From positions 1 through 64,000 of the forward strand of contig JBGQBE010000007.1 of assembly GCA_041494685.1 (NCBI GenBank): 64,000 nt of DNA. Reading direction: 5' to 3'. Below the pieces are notes generated by a model. That model saw nothing but the letters and a program-made list of their open reading frames with translations. It had not been told where the DNA came from and ran no database searches. Shown here one piece after another: positions 59,636 through 64,000 of the stretch (position 1 is its first letter; the number at the start of each line of letters is the position of its first letter). This DNA is from Dehalococcoidia bacterium (GTDB lineage Bacteria > Chloroflexota > Dehalococcoidia > DSTF01 > JACRBR01). A program made the translations under genes and the position numbers.

Positions 59636-59859
59636 TCGGGCAATTTGGCGCACGGCTCAGATTCAAAATCCGGGGTTTCGGCCCCGGACAAGGAGTTGAG
59701 CCGTGCGCCGTTCTCTTAGCAGCCAGCATGTTGGCGCCCTGAGCCTCTACTTTTCAGCCTCGGCGACAAGGGGGCGACAGCAGCTTACGTCGCCCGCATT
59801 CCGCGTGACATAGCCCATCTTCTTGCCTCCAATCGGTTGGTCTTGTGCAGCGAGCGGGC

Positions 59860-59930
59860 TGGGCGCCGCGCATATCTCGAGCGTTCGAACATGATCACTC
59901 GACTCTTGGATTCGAAATATCACCTGCTGA
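59860..59930 (+). pseudogene. Internal fragment of an alpha-E (DUF403) domain gene
   Basis: YLERSNMITRLLDSKYHLL resembles the alpha-E ER motif segment (LERAD..ARLLDVKYH); no intact gene around it. Confidence 0.55.
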
Positions 59931-59933
59931 TGA

Positions 59934-60746
59934 ACACGGCCGACGAGATCGGCGGCCTACCAGTACGACCCTCGGGCGGCAGCCGGATTGACCGCCCTCC
60001 GGTTGAGGCCACGCGACCGCCCCGGATTGCGAGTCGATCGTTCGGTGCTGCGGGCGCACGCCGGAAGGGTCGTGCGTTCCTACGTCGACGGATGGGGCAC
60101 GCACGTCGACCTCGTCGAATCAGCCGGACGCCAAGCGGAAGCACGCTTCGATCTCGGAGCGCTGGTCGAGACAGCGGCGGAGGCGGACGGCGAGCAGCCG
60201 TCGTCCGGCGACCTGGTGATGTACCGACGCGACAGCAACCGCGTGCGCATGGACGCGGTCGGGCGTCTCGTGCAGCAGCTGGCGCTGGACCCGCGATCGT
60301 GGAGCTCCATTGAAGTGGTCCTGTCGTGCCTGCTGCAGTGGTTCGGATACCGGATCGGCGCGACCGATGCCCAGACGCCGATGGAGACGGAGTTGCGGAC
60401 GCGGGAGGGCGTGTGTCAGGACTTCGCGCACATCCTCATAGCCGTCCTCCGCGCATGGGGCTGCGCGGCGCGCTATGCGAGCGGATACGTCTACACCGGC
60501 AGTCGTGACGGCGGCCGCATCGAGGCGGAAGCGATGTACGCGTGGGTTCAGGCGTACCGGCCCGATTTCGGATGGGTCGGGCTGGATCCGACGACCGGCG
60601 GATACGCGGACGACGCCTACGTGCCGGTGGCGTTTGGCCGCGATTACGACGATGTTCGTCCCGTGCGCGGCGTCCTCTCCGGCGAGCCCACCACGCAGTC
60701 CCACTCGGCATCGCTCGCCGTCACCCTCCGCGCTGGCGAGCAGTAA
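59934..60746 (+). pseudogene. Transglutaminase-like protein, 5'-damaged, catalytic His replaced
   Basis: YQYDP...LRLRPRD N-domain begins after in-frame TGA 59931 with no start before it; GVCQDFAH, YAWVQ (normally HAWVE), GLDPT, GRDYDDVRPVRG. Confidence 0.7.
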
Positions 60747-60856
60747 ACAGGCCGTATTGCATACCAGCGTGCACGCCACCTCACCGGAGTGTCGTTCATC
60801 TGAACGTAACCTGGGCGCAACATGGTCGAAATTGCCTGCTCATACAGTCCGGTTGT

Positions 60857-61537
60857 ATGCAATATGCCACAAAGTTCGAACCGCCGTCCGCGACTCTGAC
60901 CGAGCAACTCACCGAGATGATCCGGCGTGACATCGTCCGGAATGTGCTGCTGGCGGGCGCGCGCGTAACGGAGGAAGCGCTCGCGGAGCGGTACGGCGCC
61001 AGCCGGACGCCCGTGAGGGAAGCTCTCCGGGTGCTCACGCAAGAAGCGCTGTTCGCCTACACACCTCGCAGCGGCTATCTCGTACTATCCGTCAACCTCG
61101 ATGAAATGGACGACCTGTACGCAGTCCGCGTAGCGATCGAGGAGAAGGCGGCGTCTCGCCTGGCGGTGGCCGATGCACGGCCAATCCTCGAGAACCTGCT
61201 GACCTACTGGGACGATATGCCAAGTGACGTCGCAGGCGGCGACGTCAATCTCGTGTTCCTGGACGAGCAGTTCCACGAGGCGCTCGCCGCGGCCGGTGGC
61301 AGCACGGTGCTGCCGCCGATGCTGCGCAATATCAACCACCGGCTCCACGCCCTGCGTATTCGCGACTTCGTCGATCCGGAGCGAGTCCGCCAGACGTTCG
61401 AACAGCACGCCGCAATCCTCCGCAGCCTGCTCGACGGTGACACGCGCACCGCCCGGGCTCTGCTGCGCGCGCACATCTGGCAGAGCTATGCGTTCGTGCG
61501 CAGCCGCGTCAGCGATACGGAAGCGGCGCCTCTATGA
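60857..61537 (+). CDS. GntR family (FCD) transcriptional regulator
   Basis: [36 protein letters not shown]; start uncertain. Confidence 0.9.
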   Translation: MQYATKFEPPSATLTEQLTEMIRRDIVRNVLLAGARVTEEALAERYGASRTPVREALRVLTQEALFAYTPRSGYLVLSVNLDEMDDLYAVRVAIEEKAASRLAVADARPILENLLTYWDDMPSDVAGGDVNLVFLDEQFHEALAAAGGSTVLPPMLRNINHRLHALRIRDFVDPERVRQTFEQHAAILRSLLDGDTRTARALLRAHIWQSYAFVRSRVSDTEAAPL

Positions 61538-63156
61538 GCCAGGCGCCCACCATGACTGCCGACGCGCACCTGAGCATTGAAGAAGGCACGTCCTTGCTCC
61601 ATCAACGCCCTTCGCTTTCGGTCCGCGGCCTGACGAAGCGATTCGGCGATCTCGTCGCGAATGACAGCGTCGACCTGGACATCTTCGGCGGAGAAGTCCA
61701 CGCGATCCTTGGGGAGAACGGCGCCGGCAAGAGCACGCTGATGAAGATGCTGTACGGATACTACAGCCCAACCTCCGGCACGATCAGCCGAGATGGTACG
61801 CCGATCCGCGTCCGCACGCCGCAGGACGCGCGGCGGCACGGCATCGGCATGGTCTTCCAGAACTTCACGCTTGTACCCGCGCTGACGGTGATCGAGAACA
61901 TCGCGCTCATGCTTCCCGAGCTGCCATTCCTCATACCGGTCGCGCAGCTCGAGCGTGAGATACGCGCCCTGTCTGATCGCTACAACTTCGGCATTGACCC
62001 TCGCGCGCACGTCCGTCAGCTCTCGCTCGGAGAGCAGCAGAAGGTCGAGATCCTGAAGCTGCTGATGGCGCGCGCGCAGACGTTGATCTTCGACGAGCCG
62101 ACCAGCGTGCTGGCGCCGCACGAGATCGACGAGCTGATGGACGTATTCCGGAAACTGCGCGCCGACGGCCTCGCCGTGCTCTTCATTACGCACAAGCTGC
62201 GCGAAGTGCTGGCGGTCGCCGACCGCATCACGGTGTTGCGGCGCGGCGTCGTCGTCGCGGCCATGCCTGCGGCGGGCGCCACCGAAGATTCGCTCGTCGC
62301 GGCGATGCTCGGCGAATCGAACGCCGACGAAGCGCGCTCGATGCCGCGCCGTGCCGCCTATCCCGTCGGCGCGGGAGACAGCGACGCGCCGCCCGCACTG
62401 GACATCCGTTCCGCCGACGTGCCCGACCCTGCCGGGCGCATGCATCTGTCCGCCATCTCACTGGCTTTGCGTCCGGGCGAGATCGTCGGCGTCGCCGGCG
62501 TTGCGGGCAACGGGCAGAAGGAGCTGGGCGAACTGATAGCGGGCCTGCGCCGCTGCCGCAGCGGATCGGTCAGCGTCTTCGGCGCGGACGCCACGCACTG
62601 GACGCCCTCGCGCTTGCTGGGGGCAGGCATCGGCTGCGTCCCCGAGGATCCGCTGCGACATGGCGCCGTGCCGTCGATGACCGTGCTCGAGAACATGATC
62701 CTGTCCGAGCGCAAGCGATTCTCCGGCCCTGCCGGACTATCGATCCACTGGCGGACGGCCCGCCGGGTGCTGGAGCACGCGCTGCAATCGTTCAACCTCA
62801 AGCTGCCGGCGTTCACGACGGCGGTCGGCGTCCTCTCAGGCGGCAACGTGCAGCGCATGGTGTTCGCGCGCGAACTGGCGCGCGCGCCGAAGATCCTGGT
62901 CAGCTATTACCCGACGCGCGGCATGGACGTCATGTCGGCAAACGCGGCACGCGAGGTGCTCCTGACGTACAGCGTGGGCGGTACGGCGGTCCTGCTTGTG
63001 TCCGAAGACCTGGACGAGCTCTTCGCGCTGAGCGACCGCATCATCGTCATGTACCTGGGCCGCGTGGTCGGCGCCTTCCGCCCGGACGAGGCGGACGCGC
63101 ACAGGATCGGCCGGCTCATGACCGGCGCGCTGGAGGACGGCAGTGGCGGCAGCTAA
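61534..63156 (+). CDS. ABC transporter ATP-binding protein, two ATPase domains (nucleoside/sugar CUT2 type)
   Basis: [46 protein letters not shown]. Confidence 0.93.
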   Translation: MSQAPTMTADAHLSIEEGTSLLHQRPSLSVRGLTKRFGDLVANDSVDLDIFGGEVHAILGENGAGKSTLMKMLYGYYSPTSGTISRDGTPIRVRTPQDARRHGIGMVFQNFTLVPALTVIENIALMLPELPFLIPVAQLEREIRALSDRYNFGIDPRAHVRQLSLGEQQKVEILKLLMARAQTLIFDEPTSVLAPHEIDELMDVFRKLRADGLAVLFITHKLREVLAVADRITVLRRGVVVAAMPAAGATEDSLVAAMLGESNADEARSMPRRAAYPVGAGDSDAPPALDIRSADVPDPAGRMHLSAISLALRPGEIVGVAGVAGNGQKELGELIAGLRRCRSGSVSVFGADATHWTPSRLLGAGIGCVPEDPLRHGAVPSMTVLENMILSERKRFSGPAGLSIHWRTARRVLEHALQSFNLKLPAFTTAVGVLSGGNVQRMVFARELARAPKILVSYYPTRGMDVMSANAAREVLLTYSVGGTAVLLVSEDLDELFALSDRIIVMYLGRVVGAFRPDEADAHRIGRLMTGALEDGSGGS

Positions 63157-64000
63157 TCCTTCCAGCCCGCTGCCGGGCGTTGTCGCCCCCCGAAGGCTCG
63201 CGCTGCCGTCGCTTGCGGAGCCAGCGCGCTTCGTAGTGGCGGTACTTGCCGCGCTGACGGTGTTCGGCGTCATCTTGCTGTTGCAGGGTGAGAACCCACT
63301 CGTCGCGTATCGCGACATCTTCGACACGACGCTGCGCACGAAGTACGGCTTCTCGGAGGTCATCGTGCGGATGATCCCGCTGCTCTTGTGCGCGCTTGCG
63401 GTCGCCATCCCTGCGCGGATCGGCCTGGTCAACGTCGGGGGCGAAGGGCAGCTCTACATCGGAGCGTGGGCTTCGAGCTGGGTGGCGCTGACGTTCACGG
63501 GACTGCCGGCGCCGGTCATGCTCCCGATGATGTTCCTTTCGGCCGTGATTGGCGGCGCCGCGTGGGCGCTGACGCCGGCGTTGCTTCGCGCGAAGGGCTG
63601 GTTGAACGAGACGATCTCCACGCTGCTGCTGAACTACGTGGCGATCCTCTTCGTCCAGTACTTCGTGTACGGAAGCTGGAAGGATCCGCAGAGCGCCAAC
63701 TTCCCCCAGTCCCGCACGTTCGTGCACGCCGCGCAGCTGCCGACCTTCGGCGACTATCGCGTGCACTGGGGCATCATCTTCGGACTCGTTGGAGCCGGCG
63801 TGCTGTTCTTCATCTTCCGGTTCACGCGATGGGGATACGAAATGCGCGCGATCGGCGGCAACGCGGAGGCGGCCCGTCGCAGCGGCATCCCGATCGCGAC
63901 GTACATCGTCATGGCACTGCTCGCCGGGGGCGCGATGGCCGGCATCGCGGGATTCGGAGAAGTGTCCGCGATCCAGGGTCGGCTGCGGCCGAGCGTGTCG
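63143..64000 (+). CDS. ABC transporter permease (nucleoside type), truncated by window end
   Basis: GTG 63143 after [42 protein letters not shown]. Confidence 0.9.
   Translation, partial: MAAANPSSPLPGVVAPRRLALPSLAEPARFVVAVLAALTVFGVILLLQGENPLVAYRDIFDTTLRTKYGFSEVIVRMIPLLLCALAVAIPARIGLVNVGGEGQLYIGAWASSWVALTFTGLPAPVMLPMMFLSAVIGGAAWALTPALLRAKGWLNETISTLLLNYVAILFVQYFVYGSWKDPQSANFPQSRTFVHAAQLPTFGDYRVHWGIIFGLVGAGVLFFIFRFTRWGYEMRAIGGNAEAARRSGIPIATYIVMALLAGGAMAGIAGFGEVSAIQGRLRPSVS

Noticed and set aside
59636..64000. Prophage or ICE integrated at tRNA-Gly
   Set aside because: No integrase, att duplication or phage/conjugation genes inside the window; kept only as a possible variable region.

Overview
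High-GC bacterial chromosome segment. The gene content (cofG/cofH, two F420-type LLM oxidoreductases, menA, GuaB3-like gene, T-box, desulfoferrodoxin-like mini-protein, many apparently leaderless genes) suggests Chloroflexota, probably Dehalococcoidia; this is an inference. It is mostly housekeeping: prmA-rsmE, mug, lepB, ECF sigma/anti-sigma, dnaJ, ilvD, an ilvB-ilvN-ilvC-leuA-leuC-leuD operon, a split cytochrome b/Rieske/cytochrome c operon, acnA, rsmI-metG-tatD-polyprenyl synthase and tRNA-Gly. There are three accessory patches: an A/T-richer islet with gene relics (about 5.5-6.8 kb), a type II restriction-modification cassette (16.7-18.4 kb), and a region after tRNA-Gly with decayed alpha-E/transglutaminase genes and a GntR-ABC transporter operon. 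The most interesting signals are regulatory and architectural. (1) The ilv-leu operon has a Leu(CUC) T-box followed by an unannotated Leu/Val/Ile-rich leader ORF, which may be a second attenuator in tandem. (2) The FO/F420 synthase operon cofGH has a promoter, a structured leader and a U8 terminator before the start codon, making it an orphan riboswitch candidate. (3) The Rieske/cytochrome b operon includes a 51-aa membrane ORF and a cytochrome c-beta-domain-cupredoxin fusion. All calls are by eye from motifs; no searches or folding programs were run.
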